From: Acidobacteriota bacterium
GTDB taxonomy: Bacteria > Acidobacteriota > Thermoanaerobaculia > Multivoradales > JAHZIX01
Reading direction: 5' to 3'
Length of the DNA stretch: 64,000 nucleotides
NCBI GenBank assembly: GCA_039191605.1
Contig: JBCCXL010000017.1
Coordinates: forward strand, 19,457-83,456
The notes below the pieces were generated by a model. The model saw only the letters and a program-made list of their open reading frames with translations, was not told where the DNA came from and made no database searches. Below, piece by piece: positions 31,620 to 41,786 of the stretch. The position numbers and the translations under genes were made by a program. Positions within the stretch are counted from its first letter, which is position 1, and each line of letters starts with the position of its first letter.

Positions 31620-32786
31620 ATGAGCGCTCCCAGCGCTCCCGCTGCCGCGGCGGATGTCGCGGCGGCAGATGTGACGCAGAGCGAAGCGGTCCCCCGGCCC
31701 TCCATCGAGAAGGGGCGGGGGCATATCTTTCCCTGCGAATCCTGCGGCGCCGACCTGGAATTCCACATCGGGCAGCAGCAGCTGCGCTGCCCCTTCTGTG
31801 GCTTTTCCAAGGAGCTGGTGTTTGGCGAAGAGGAGAGCATCGACGAGCAGGACTTCAGCGCCATGCTGGAGCGGCTCGTGGAGCTGCGGCGGGAGAAGGG
31901 GACGGGGGAAGAGAGCCTCAAAGCGCAGGAGGTGGATTGCGCCTCCTGCGGCGCGAAGGTGGAGTTCACCGGCACTCTGACCTCTACCCGATGTCCCTAT
32001 TGCGGCTCGCCGATTCAGCGCGAGGGGGTGCACCGCACCAGCTCGCGGATCCCGGTGGATGGCGTGGTGCCCTTCCGCATCGAGAAGCGCCGCGCTCAAT
32101 CCAATCTCAAGCGCTGGGTGGGGAAGCTGTGGTTTGCTCCCAACGCCTTTAAGAAGGCGGGGATCGACGGCAAGTTCGACGGCGTTTACCTGCCCTATTG
32201 GACCTTCGATTCGATGACCTTCACCCGCTATCGCGGCAAGCGGGGAGAGCATTATTACGTCACCGTCGGCACCGGCAAGAACCGCACTCGCACCCGCCGC
32301 ACCCGCTGGTATCCGGCTTCCGGTCGCTTCCAGCTCTTCTTCGACGATGTACTCTCGGTGGCCCACACGGCGCTGCCGGAGAACCTGATTCGGGCGCTGG
32401 AGCCGTGGCCGCTGGAGGAAGCCAAGCCCTTCCACGAGGACATCTTGGCGGGGCATACCGCCCGCACCTACGACATTCCGCTGGATCGCGGCTTCGAGGA
32501 TGGCCGGCAGCGCATCGATGAAGCGCTGCGGGAGCAGGTGCGCACCCGAATCGGCGGTGACACTCAGCGTATCGACGACATCGACACCCATTACGACGCC
32601 ATCACCTACAAGCACATGCTGCTGCCGGTGTGGCTGTTGTCCTACCGCTACAGCGGCAAGGTCTACCAGGTGGTGGTGAACGCCGCCACTGGGGAAGTGC
32701 AGGGGGAGCGCCCCTACAGCATGTGGAAGATCGCCTTCACCGGGTTGGCGGTGCTGATGCTGGTCTTCTTGATCCTGTCGGTCTGA
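31620..32786 (+). CDS. double zinc-ribbon protein with C-terminal TM anchor
   Basis: Two zinc-ribbon pairs: CESCGA...CPFCG and CASCGA...CPYCG. A conserved roughly 250-aa domain follows, then a terminal TM helix (IAFTGLAVLMLVFLILSV). The start lies 5 nt after the SPFH stop. Confidence 0.6.
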   Translation: MSAPSAPAAAADVAAADVTQSEAVPRPSIEKGRGHIFPCESCGADLEFHIGQQQLRCPFCGFSKELVFGEEESIDEQDFSAMLERLVELRREKGTGEESLKAQEVDCASCGAKVEFTGTLTSTRCPYCGSPIQREGVHRTSSRIPVDGVVPFRIEKRRAQSNLKRWVGKLWFAPNAFKKAGIDGKFDGVYLPYWTFDSMTFTRYRGKRGEHYYVTVGTGKNRTRTRRTRWYPASGRFQLFFDDVLSVAHTALPENLIRALEPWPLEEAKPFHEDILAGHTARTYDIPLDRGFEDGRQRIDEALREQVRTRIGGDTQRIDDIDTHYDAITYKHMLLPVWLLSYRYSGKVYQVVVNAATGEVQGERPYSMWKIAFTGLAVLMLVFLILSV

Positions 32787-32926
32787 GCTCCGCTCGTCTT
32801 CCAGAGCTCCGCCCTGTTGAAGGGAGTCTCTCTATACCGGCGGCCTCTCGAGGCCGCCGGGTGCTTTCACTCTAGGGGAGGGTCTTGCTGGGGGACGGCC
32901 CTACCCGGGAGCGGGTTCGGCCGGGC

Positions 32927-35227
32927 TCAGCTGGGGGGGAGGACGGGCTTCAGGGTCTCGCCGTCATCTTGCAGCAGCAGGAGGTGGAAGCCGCGGCGGG
33001 AGCTCATGCGCACGAAGCCCTCGTAGCCGGTGAAGGTCTCCTCGAAGAACCAGCCGCCTTCCTGTTTGGCGGTGATCTCCTTGTAGGCCTGCAGCACCTC
33101 CGGCGAGAAGTCCGGAGCGATGAGCAGGGCGCCGCCGATGTCGCCGGTTTTGACCCGGGCGGTCTTGGCGCGGACCACTTTGTCGCAGAAGTCCTGCAGT
33201 CCCTGCGGATCCAGGTAGCCGCAATAGTCCGCCACGTGGAGCACCTTGCCCTTCTCGTCGAAGGTCACCAGATCGAAGGAGTCGGAGCGGGCGTCGTCGG
33301 TGGGGTGCGGCAGGGTGTGATGCAGCAGCGCGCGACGAACCAGGAAGATCCAGGCGACGAGATATTTCCAGCTGCGATCCTTGTCCCTCTCGTGGAAGTA
33401 GGACGGTAGCTCCTTCAGCAGGTAGTCGAGGAATCGGTAGACCGGATCCGTCGGCAGCAGGCCGGAGCGCATCGCCGCGGTGAGGCCTTCGCCGAGGTGG
33501 GGGGTGATGCGGAAAGAGAGCACCCGCTGAATGCCGCCGGTCTGCTTGAGCAGGGCGAGCACCTTGGAGGTGGTCGACGCGGTGGCCCCGAGGTCGGTGT
33601 TGCCGGAGAGGCTCACCGGCTCGACTTCCAGCTCCACGTCCTCGAGGCGCTGGCGCAGGGAGATGAGCAGAGGCTGGGTGTGACGCTCCTCGACCCAGGC
33701 GCGAACGGCGACGTCGGAGACCCACTCCTGCCAGGGCTGATCGAGGGCCACGTCGCTCCAATCTCCGGCGTAGAGGGTGAGCACGATTCGGCCGCGATCG
33801 AAGAGCAGGTAGCCGCAGCCCTCGCCGCGGCGCAGCCGCATCTGCCCCGAGAAGCTCTCGTTGGCCAGCTTGTCCGCCAGCGCCGGAAGATGGGTGTAGG
33901 AAGAATCGAGATCCGCATGACGAGCAGGGCCAGGGCTCAGGAGCGACGCCAGGTTCTGCATTACCCCGGTGGGGATGGAGTCCGGCAGCGGGTGCAGAAC
34001 GGGCTCGGAGATCTGCGAGAGACGGGCGGTGGCGGCGTTGCCGGTGAGGCTGGGATCGGTGGTGTCCACCGCGCCGATGATCAGGCCTCCCTCCACCAGC
34101 AGGCAGACGGAATCGACGAAGGCGGCCCCGGCGTAATAGGGAGCGTTGAGGGGCTGTTCCTGAAGTCTCTGCAGCAGCTGATCGGTGGATTGGCGATCGA
34201 GGCGCCGCTCCGGCCAGTTCTTGACGATCTCCAGCACCATGGCGCCGCGGTCCCCCGGCAGGTTGAGCACCATCGGGGTGGTCTTGGTGAGATCCGTTTG
34301 ATCCGTGGTGACCGTTCCGCCCCCCGCCGGAGGCAGGGTCTCGAGGCGCAGGGTCTGGCCGGGGCCGGTGCTGGCATCGCACAGCGGGCGCAGGGCGTCG
34401 GCCATCTCCCGGGCGTTCTCGTAGCGCTCCTTGCGGTCTTTCTTCAGCGCCCGGTGGAGCACTGCCTGCAGTGCGGCAGGCACGTCCGGCAGGTGATCCT
34501 CCAGCGGTCTCGCCGGCTCCCGCAGGATGGCGTTGGCGACCTCCATGAAGCTCTTGCCGTCGAAGGGGTAATGACCGGTGAGCACGTGGAAGAGCAGCAC
34601 GCCGCTGGCGAAGAGGTCCGAGCGACCGTCGATATCTTCTGCCCGCAGCTGCTCCGGGCTGGCGAATTTAGGCGTCGCCAACACCAGGCCCGCCTGGGTC
34701 TGCACCAGATCCGAGCCCTGCACGTGGGCAATTCCGAAATCGGTGACCTTGAGTCGGCCCTCGCCGACGATCATCAGATTGGAGGGCTTGATGTCGCGGT
34801 GGATTACGCCGCTGCGGTGGGCGAGATCCAGCGCCTCGAGAAGGTCCACGATCACTCGGCAGGCGCGGGGAATGTCCAGCGGTCCGCGCTTCTCGAGGAT
34901 CTCCTCCAAAGTAAGTCCATCGAGCCATTCCATGGCGATGTAGGGAACGCCGTCCTCTTCGCCGATGCCATAGATAGTGGCGACGCCGGGGTGAGCGAGG
35001 GCCGCGGCGGCTCTCGCCTCCTGGAGAAATCGCTTGCGCGCCTCCTCCGCCACTTTCGGCTGCTGGCTTTCGAGCAGGTGGGGGCGCAGGGCCTTGATCG
35101 CCACTCGGCGCTTGAGCAGAGGCTCCTCAGCGCGGAAGACGAGGCCCATGGCTCCTTCGCCGATCTGGGCATCGATGCGGTAGGGGAAGGTGCGGGTCGG
35201 GGTCTTGGGGGGCGGAAATTGCGTCAT
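32927..35227 (-). CDS. Ser/Thr protein kinase with large C-terminal domain of unknown function
   Basis: GEGAMGLVFRA...VAIK, HRDIKPSNLMI, VTDFGIA and SPEQ are Hanks kinase subdomains I-VIII. Confidence 0.85.
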   Translation of the reverse strand: MTQFPPPKTPTRTFPYRIDAQIGEGAMGLVFRAEEPLLKRRVAIKALRPHLLESQQPKVAEEARKRFLQEARAAAALAHPGVATIYGIGEEDGVPYIAMEWLDGLTLEEILEKRGPLDIPRACRVIVDLLEALDLAHRSGVIHRDIKPSNLMIVGEGRLKVTDFGIAHVQGSDLVQTQAGLVLATPKFASPEQLRAEDIDGRSDLFASGVLLFHVLTGHYPFDGKSFMEVANAILREPARPLEDHLPDVPAALQAVLHRALKKDRKERYENAREMADALRPLCDASTGPGQTLRLETLPPAGGGTVTTDQTDLTKTTPMVLNLPGDRGAMVLEIVKNWPERRLDRQSTDQLLQRLQEQPLNAPYYAGAAFVDSVCLLVEGGLIIGAVDTTDPSLTGNAATARLSQISEPVLHPLPDSIPTGVMQNLASLLSPGPARHADLDSSYTHLPALADKLANESFSGQMRLRRGEGCGYLLFDRGRIVLTLYAGDWSDVALDQPWQEWVSDVAVRAWVEERHTQPLLISLRQRLEDVELEVEPVSLSGNTDLGATASTTSKVLALLKQTGGIQRVLSFRITPHLGEGLTAAMRSGLLPTDPVYRFLDYLLKELPSYFHERDKDRSWKYLVAWIFLVRRALLHHTLPHPTDDARSDSFDLVTFDEKGKVLHVADYCGYLDPQGLQDFCDKVVRAKTARVKTGDIGGALLIAPDFSPEVLQAYKEITAKQEGGWFFEETFTGYEGFVRMSSRRGFHLLLLQDDGETLKPVLPPS

Positions 35228-35603
35228 CGCTTGGAGCTTACGGAGGTAAGGGGCGGTCGGATCACCCGGAGCAGAAAGCTCGTGGGGGAATCGTGGCCGA
35301 GAAAATGGGCAAAGAGGGCCGCTGCCGCGGTGGCGGGAAGCTCGGCGCTTCCATCGCCAGACCGAGGTCAGGGGCCAGTAGTTTACCGAATGCGATGCAA
35401 CGGCGCTCGTTATGAATCCATCAACGCTGCAACGATCTCTCCCTTGGCGTCGCCAAGGGGCTGTTTGGAGGCGGTCAGGACAGGTTCGTTAGGACAGGCA
35501 GTCAGGGCAGAGGCGTTTGAGACATGAGGCGGAGGGCGGGGTTTAGGCGCGGTCGAAGGGGTGCGTAGGTCTTCGGGGTGTCCGCTGCGATAGTCTTGAC
35601 GAT

Positions 35604-38600
35604 GTGGCGACAATCCCGGGACCCTCAGCGGATCCGTCCTCAGCGGTGGAAGAGCTCGATCCTGAAGATCGAGGCGAGGAGAGGAGTGCGTCCACAGAGG
35701 CGGAGGATGCCGGCTGGCGCCGGGTTAGCGCGCAGCTAGAGGCGGTCATCGATCAGCTCGATGGTCTGCGCGGAGAGGTCTCCACCCTGCGGCGCAGGCT
35801 CGACGTGCTGGAGGAGCAGAGAGAGGCGCAAGGAGCGGCGGACTCTGCCCTCGAAGGTGTTGCGGCCCAGGGCTCCGCCACGGTTGTCTCGACGGGCGAA
35901 CCTTCGGCCGATGGCGATTCCCTGGCGACGGTGACCAACGAGGCGGCCAGCCTTGAGACCGTCGGCATTGATACGGCCAGTGCGGAGAGGACCAGCGCTG
36001 ATTTAACCGGTGCTGATTTAGCCAGTCTTGGGGCAGCCGATGCGGAGACCGTCAACGGCGAGACCTCGAGCCCCGACGGAGCCGTAGAGGACGGGCAGCA
36101 GGAAGGGAAACCCTCCAAGGGACGGATGGCGGAAGCGGTGGCCGCGGCGCGAAAACGCGTGGTGGCGGCGGCGCCGTCGCCGCCGCCGGAGCGGGCCCAG
36201 GCGCTGGAGACCACCATCGGCGCGGTGTGGTTCAGTCGAGTCGGCCTGGCGCTGTTGATGGTCTTCTTCGCTCTCTTTGCGCGCTGGGTGGTGCCGGCTC
36301 TCTCGCCGGCCCTACGGGTCACCGCCAGCTACCTGGCGGCGGTGCTGCTGGGCTTTGTCGGCCTGCGTCTCTCGCAGCGCCTTCCGACCTTCGGTCGCTC
36401 GGTAGTAGCGGGGGGGCTGGCGGTGGCCTTCTTCACCTCCTTCGCCGCTCATTTCGTTCCCCCCATGGCCTGTCTGCCGCTGGTGGCCTCACTGCTCTTG
36501 ATGGCGGCCTTCGTGGTCGCTCTCTTGATCTGCGCGGAGCAATGGGACGCCCCGGGGATCGCAGGCCTGGCGCTCACTTTGGGCTACGTCGCCGCCTTTG
36601 TCGCCAGCTACGACGCCGAGATCTTTTCCATGGCGGCCATCGTCTTCCTCGCCGCCGCGGCGGTGGGGTTGGTGGTGCGCCACGACTGGCTTCCCCTGGG
36701 CTTCTACTCGGTTCTCGCTACCTTCAGCTTCAACCTGCTGACCTGGTTGGCGAACCCCGCCTTGGCGGCGAACGAGGACCGCTTCGCCCTCAATCTCGCC
36801 GCCCTGACGGCGTATTACCTGCTCTACGTCTCCGTCGATCTGGTGTTCCATCATCGCCTGGCGCGGCGCGGGATCGCCGCCTTCCCGCAGCGAGATCGGG
36901 TCGCCGGGCGCTGCATCGGAGCGACGGCGGTGGCCGCCTTCGGCGTGCAGGGGGTGCTGCTCTTCCACTCCATCCCCAGCCATTGGCAGCAGGTTCACCT
37001 CTTCCTCGCCGCCGCGGCCCTCTTCCAGCTGGTGCTCACGGTCGTTCACCGCATCTTCGACGGTGGGGAGCGCATGCTGCACCTCACTTCGGCGGTGACC
37101 TTCGTCACCCTCGCGCTCTTCGCTTCGGTGGGGGGGCTGGCCCTCAACATGGCGCTGGCGGCGGAGGCGCTGCTGCTGCTGGTCCTCGGCAGGACCACCG
37201 GAAATTGGTTCCTGCGGCCTTTGTCCCAGAGCGTCTTGGTGGTGAATTTCTTCCACTTCTGGTTCTCCGAGGCGCGGGAGGTCAACAGCTGGCCCCTCTT
37301 CCTCGGGGCGGTGGTGATGGCCTCGGTGTACTTCGTCAAATCCCACCACAACGACACCTGGGCGCCGGTGCCGGACGAGGCGCGCTTTTCGCCGGTGGGG
37401 GGCTTCTCCCGCTGGTGGCGCAAGGCCTACGGCCGCGCCAGCACGCCCATCGCCTATTGGCAGACCCTCTCCGGCGCGGCGCTGATCTCCTATCAATGTG
37501 ACCTCTTTCTGGCCGCTCCCTACAACGCGCTGATGTTGGTGGGGCTGGCGGCCATTACCTTCGCCGCCGGGATCGCATTTCATAGCGCGCCGATTCTGCA
37601 GGGCGTGGCGCTGATGCAGATCTCCGCCGCCATTCTGCTCCTGCGCCAGCTCATCGAGGCGCCGGCCCGATGGCCTTCGTGGACCCGGGAAGTGAACCAG
37701 GGGGTGGTACTGGCCCTCGCCCTCCTCGCCCTGGCGGCGGTTTGGGTCGCCCGGCATCGCCATCGCCGCACCTATATGCGCTTCGCCAGCGCGGCCTTGC
37801 TGGCCACCGGCCTCGGGGCCTTGGGGGCCGGGCTGACCCCCGCGGTGGCGAGCCACCGCCTTCTGGCCCTCGGCCTGCCGGCGGTGGTGGCGGTGGTGAT
37901 GTGGATCTCCATCGAGATCTGGCCTTCGGCGCCGCGGCCGGTGGCGGAGCTGTCCCGCCGCCTGGCTCGCTTCTATCGCGGCACCCGCCGCCGCCGCGCC
38001 GTATTTGCCGCCTTTGCGGCGACCGCACCCTTCGCTTCGGCGGGAGCGGTGCTGGAGCCCTTCTCCGCCCTCGCCTGGCTCTCCCTCTGGGGACTTGCCC
38101 TCGCCGCTGCGGCGCTGGTTCGCGGCAGCGCCTATCTGCTGCTCGGCGTGCTGATTCATCAGCTGGTCTCCGGGGCCCTGGTGATCTTCCACCTCTCCAC
38201 CGGATCCGCCGCCCACAACCTGCTGAAGTGGTGGGTGGTGACGGCGATGGTGGTGGTGGCGGCGGCCCTCTTCCATCGTGCCGGAGCGGTGCGTCGGGCC
38301 TCCTTCGGGGTGGTGGGCTTCGTGGTCTTCTTCGAGAGCCTGCTGATCCTCGCCATCACCGCCGTGGCTCCGGAGCAGCGATTCGACCCGGTGTGGATCT
38401 GGGCGCTGCCGCTGGCGGGGCTGTGGTGGGTGATCGAAGCGCTGCGGGCCTGCCCGGTGCGCTGTCCGGTGACCACCAGCTCCTGGCAGGACCGCTGGGG
38501 GAGCCGCTGGCTGCCCCGCTGGTGCCACCCCGGCGCCGGGGTGGGATCGATCCTCACCGCGGCGGTGCTGGGCTGCATCCTGGGCCGTGCTCTGCCCACC

Positions 38601-40100
38601 GCCGCCGAGGCTCTGGGAGCGATGGCGCTGGCGGCTCTGCTGCTGCTGGCGGCGACGGTATTGCGCAGCAGCCCCTACCTGATGGCCGGTCTGCTGACTC
38701 TCCTCGGGCTGATGCTGGGGCACCGCACCCTTTACCTCGGCGACCTCAGCGGCGGCACTCTGCTGGAATGGACCACGGTGTCGACGCCGGTGCTGGCCGC
38801 CGCCGCTCTGCTCTGGGCGGCGCCGCGGTGGCGCCGGGGGTCCTTCTTCTGGGGCGGCCTGGTGGCCCTCACCCTCGGCCTGGTGGCCCTCGCTCAGCTG
38901 ATCTTCGAGGCGCCCACCGGGGGAGCGCCGCGCTGGCTGTGGGGCCTGAGCTTCGCCGCCTGCTGGCTGGCTTTGGAGCAGCTGCAGCGGGGCGTGGTGG
39001 CGGCTTCGGAGGGCGCCACGGCGGACTGGCGGGACGAGCTGGATCTTCGCCGGCTGCTGCAATGTGGCCGCGGACTGGCGGTGGCGCTGTCGGCGGTGAC
39101 GGCCCTGCTGCTGGTGGCGATGACCTGGCGTCAGGTGCCGGATCCCATCGTGATGGTCTCGGTGGTGCTGGCCTACGCGATCTTCTTTGTCGCTTTGACC
39201 GCGTGGTGGAAGAGCCCGCCCCTGGCGGCGGCCTTCGCGGTGTGCTTGCTGGTAGTCCATCCGCTGATTTACTGGCGGGTGGGTGCACGGGATGCGGCGG
39301 GGGAATCGCCGCTGCTGGCGGCGGCGGTGCTGGTGGTGACGCTGGTGGCGGGGGCGGCGGTGGAGGCGATCTTCCGCGCCCAGGAGGTCGCCGGTCAGCG
39401 GCGTCCCGCCTGGTGGGGGGCTTGGTATCCCTACGCCTCTGGCTTTGCTCTTTCCGCCTTGGTGCTGGCGGCGATGGGGGAGGAATTCTTCGGCGCGCCG
39501 GCCTACGCAACCCCTCTTCAGCTGGTGCCGGCGGTCCTCGCCCTGGCGGCGGCCCTACGCTTCGAGCTGCGATGGCTGGCGCGGGCTAGTCTGCTCTACG
39601 CAGCGCTGATGGTCCTCGCCCAAGCGGTGCTGGCGGCGTGGCTGCCGGCGTGGCGGGCGGAGCTCGCCCATGCGACCTTGTTCACCCTCGCCCTGCTGGT
39701 GCTGATGGAGCGCCTGGTGGCTTGGGTGCCCGCGGAGCGACTCTCCGAGGGGCAGCGAGCCTTGGCCTTGACCTATCGCTGGGGTTTGGTAGCTGGGGGC
39801 GGAGTACTGGCGGCGTGGTGCTTCTCCTGGGCAGAGGAGGTCGGTGGCCTGTGGGCGACCGCCAGCTGGAGCCTGCTGGCCCTGTTGTGGATGGGGCTGG
39901 GCTTTGCCTGGCGCAGCGTAGAGTACCGGCGGGTGGCGCTGGTTCTCTTCTTCGCCGCGATCCTTCGCCTCTTCTTCCTCGATGTCCCGAGGCTGGATCT
40001 GATTTACAGCATGATGGCCTTTCTCTGCCTGGGAGTGACCATGGTTCTCGCTTCGTACCTCTACAACCGCTACCGAGAAGAGATCGGACGATGGTTATGA
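35604..40100 (+). CDS. giant polytopic membrane protein (DUF2339-like). It has an N-terminal coiled coil followed by more than 30 predicted TM helices.
   Basis: Coiled coil: LEAVIDQLDGLRGEVSTLRRRLDVLEEQ. Hydrophobic helices then run for about 1300 aa. Confidence 0.6.
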   Translation: MATIPGPSADPSSAVEELDPEDRGEERSASTEAEDAGWRRVSAQLEAVIDQLDGLRGEVSTLRRRLDVLEEQREAQGAADSALEGVAAQGSATVVSTGEPSADGDSLATVTNEAASLETVGIDTASAERTSADLTGADLASLGAADAETVNGETSSPDGAVEDGQQEGKPSKGRMAEAVAAARKRVVAAAPSPPPERAQALETTIGAVWFSRVGLALLMVFFALFARWVVPALSPALRVTASYLAAVLLGFVGLRLSQRLPTFGRSVVAGGLAVAFFTSFAAHFVPPMACLPLVASLLLMAAFVVALLICAEQWDAPGIAGLALTLGYVAAFVASYDAEIFSMAAIVFLAAAAVGLVVRHDWLPLGFYSVLATFSFNLLTWLANPALAANEDRFALNLAALTAYYLLYVSVDLVFHHRLARRGIAAFPQRDRVAGRCIGATAVAAFGVQGVLLFHSIPSHWQQVHLFLAAAALFQLVLTVVHRIFDGGERMLHLTSAVTFVTLALFASVGGLALNMALAAEALLLLVLGRTTGNWFLRPLSQSVLVVNFFHFWFSEAREVNSWPLFLGAVVMASVYFVKSHHNDTWAPVPDEARFSPVGGFSRWWRKAYGRASTPIAYWQTLSGAALISYQCDLFLAAPYNALMLVGLAAITFAAGIAFHSAPILQGVALMQISAAILLLRQLIEAPARWPSWTREVNQGVVLALALLALAAVWVARHRHRRTYMRFASAALLATGLGALGAGLTPAVASHRLLALGLPAVVAVVMWISIEIWPSAPRPVAELSRRLARFYRGTRRRRAVFAAFAATAPFASAGAVLEPFSALAWLSLWGLALAAAALVRGSAYLLLGVLIHQLVSGALVIFHLSTGSAAHNLLKWWVVTAMVVVAAALFHRAGAVRRASFGVVGFVVFFESLLILAITAVAPEQRFDPVWIWALPLAGLWWVIEALRACPVRCPVTTSSWQDRWGSRWLPRWCHPGAGVGSILTAAVLGCILGRALPTAAEALGAMALAALLLLAATVLRSSPYLMAGLLTLLGLMLGHRTLYLGDLSGGTLLEWTTVSTPVLAAAALLWAAPRWRRGSFFWGGLVALTLGLVALAQLIFEAPTGGAPRWLWGLSFAACWLALEQLQRGVVAASEGATADWRDELDLRRLLQCGRGLAVALSAVTALLLVAMTWRQVPDPIVMVSVVLAYAIFFVALTAWWKSPPLAAAFAVCLLVVHPLIYWRVGARDAAGESPLLAAAVLVVTLVAGAAVEAIFRAQEVAGQRRPAWWGAWYPYASGFALSALVLAAMGEEFFGAPAYATPLQLVPAVLALAAALRFELRWLARASLLYAALMVLAQAVLAAWLPAWRAELAHATLFTLALLVLMERLVAWVPAERLSEGQRALALTYRWGLVAGGGVLAAWCFSWAEEVGGLWATASWSLLALLWMGLGFAWRSVEYRRVALVLFFAAILRLFFLDVPRLDLIYSMMAFLCLGVTMVLASYLYNRYREEIGRWL

Positions 40101-40957
40101 GCACAGCAAGGCTAGTGATTCTTGGACCGCTCCTCTTCGCAGGCGTCGCTCTCGCGCTGCCGGTGGAGCAAGCTCTCGCGGCGTCGGCTGCGTCGTCGTC
40201 GGTGGAGGAGGCCGGGCTGCAGCCGGGGTCGGTGGTGCGCTGGCCCGGCGCCGCTACCGCCTGCGCTATCGACGGTCAGGCTGTGGAGCCGGTGGCGGGG
40301 GAATGTCTCTTTCCGGTGGATCTACTGGCTACCGGCTCGGTGACCCTGGAGCGCACGGTGGCGGGGAAGCGGCAGCGCACCACCGCCACCATTGGCGACT
40401 ACCCCTATCCGCAGCAGCATATTCAGCTCAAGGACACCTCGAGGGTGAACCTTTCCCCCGCCAACCAGCAGCGCGCGGCGCGGGAGCGCCAGCGTATCGA
40501 TGTGCTCTGGGATCGCCCCGCCGAGAGGCGATTCCGCCTTCCCCTGGCGGCGCCCCTGGACCCCTTGCCGGAAGGTGGCCGCTTCGGGTCCCGGCGGGTG
40601 TTCAACGGGGAGCCCCGAAATCCCCATACCGGATCCGATTACGCGGTGCCGGCGGGAACCCCGGTGCTCTCCGTCGCGGCGGGAAGGGTGATGCTGGCGG
40701 AGGAGCATTTCTTCGCCGGCAACAGCGTGTTCATCGACCATGGGGACCAGCTGGTGAGCATGTACTTCCACCTTCGAGACCTCGAGGTCGAGGCCGGTGA
40801 CGAGGTGGAGCGAGGCCAGCTGGTGGGTACCGTGGGGTCCACCGGGCGGTCGACGGGGCCCCATCTGCACCTCGGGCTGCGGTGGAAGAACCGCCGGGTG
40901 GATCCGGCGGTGATGATGACGCCCCCGGCGGAGCTCACGACCCTAGCGCAGCCCTGA
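40097..40957 (+). CDS. M23 family (LytM-type) metallopeptidase, secreted
   Basis: Signal peptide MSTARLVILGPLLFAGVALA. HTGSDYAVPAGTPV and GSTGRSTGPHLHLGLR are the HxxxD and HxH M23 motifs. Its ATG overlaps the upstream stop (ATGA). Confidence 0.8.
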   Translation: MSTARLVILGPLLFAGVALALPVEQALAASAASSSVEEAGLQPGSVVRWPGAATACAIDGQAVEPVAGECLFPVDLLATGSVTLERTVAGKRQRTTATIGDYPYPQQHIQLKDTSRVNLSPANQQRAARERQRIDVLWDRPAERRFRLPLAAPLDPLPEGGRFGSRRVFNGEPRNPHTGSDYAVPAGTPVLSVAAGRVMLAEEHFFAGNSVFIDHGDQLVSMYFHLRDLEVEAGDEVERGQLVGTVGSTGRSTGPHLHLGLRWKNRRVDPAVMMTPPAELTTLAQP

Positions 40958-41150
40958 GGCATCGCTCAGAGACTTAGCGCCAGAGATCCAGCACCAGAGA
41001 CGTCGCGCAGCCCGGAGGGCATCGCGGAACCTGCTGCTGCCCAGGTTCTGCTCACCCCAGGCTCAGCCGCCTAGACTCAGCCGTGTGGGCTGCTGTTCCT
41101 GAGCGATTATTTTTCTTCGGCGAGCTTCTGCGAGAAGCCGGCGCGGGGGA

Positions 41151-41645
41151 TCAATTCCCGCCGGGCGGTCGGGCGGTGCGGAACTCCAGGCTGGTGCCGG
41201 CGGCGATCTCCTCGACCTCCACCACCCGCATCGGGGTGTCCGAGTCCCAGTCCACCTCCAGCTGAATCTGCACCTTGTCGCCGATCTCGATACCCTCGAG
41301 CTGCTCGTCATCGCTCACCGGGAAGGGCATGGTCATGGAGTCCATGCCGCTGACCTCACCCTGCCAGTTGACGAAGTCGTCGATGGCCTCATGGTGGATC
41401 ATCAGCTCCGAGGCGGGGTTTTCCTCATCGGGAACCTGACGCACCTCGCCCCGCACCTCGTAGCGCTGCACGTCGTCATCTCCCGCCGCGCCGTGAGAGC
41501 TCGAGGAGTCCGCGCAGCCGGGGGCGAGGAGAAGGGGGAGGAGGGCGAGGGAGAGGAGGCCGCGAAAGATGAGGGAGCGCCAGCGAGTTGCAGCCGTCTG
41601 AATCAAAGCGGCAGAGGAGAAGCAGGACCGGGCTGAATGATGCAT
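41151..41645 (-). CDS. small lipoprotein, possible metal-binding (Met/His-rich motif)
   Basis: The LLAPGCADSS lipobox and a MIHHEA...MDSMTMPF motif. Only the 164 C-terminal codons of a 507-aa track ORF are supported. Confidence 0.45.
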   Translation of the reverse strand: MHHSARSCFSSAALIQTAATRWRSLIFRGLLSLALLPLLLAPGCADSSSSHGAAGDDDVQRYEVRGEVRQVPDEENPASELMIHHEAIDDFVNWQGEVSGMDSMTMPFPVSDDEQLEGIEIGDKVQIQLEVDWDSDTPMRVVEVEEIAAGTSLEFRTARPPGGN

Positions 41646-41786
41646 CTTGAGCTCCGACAGCGTCGTACAGATGGGTGAGGGGGAGCGATTGCCGAGAACC
41701 GGCGGAATCGAGCCCACATGGTAATCTGAGAGCCTGCGGCGTGCTATCAGAAAGACCAAAAAGACCACGACCGCAAGGAGACTCCC

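Noticed and set aside
36489-39260. 923-aa ORF antisense to the giant membrane protein gene, and many other 150-500-aa antisense ORFs (for example 791-2185, 16979-18493, 22569-24284, 58924-60360, 32964-34382)
   Set aside because: These are typical GC-rich antisense artefacts. They are Arg/Pro/Gly-rich with no motifs and fully overlap well-supported genes on the opposite strand.
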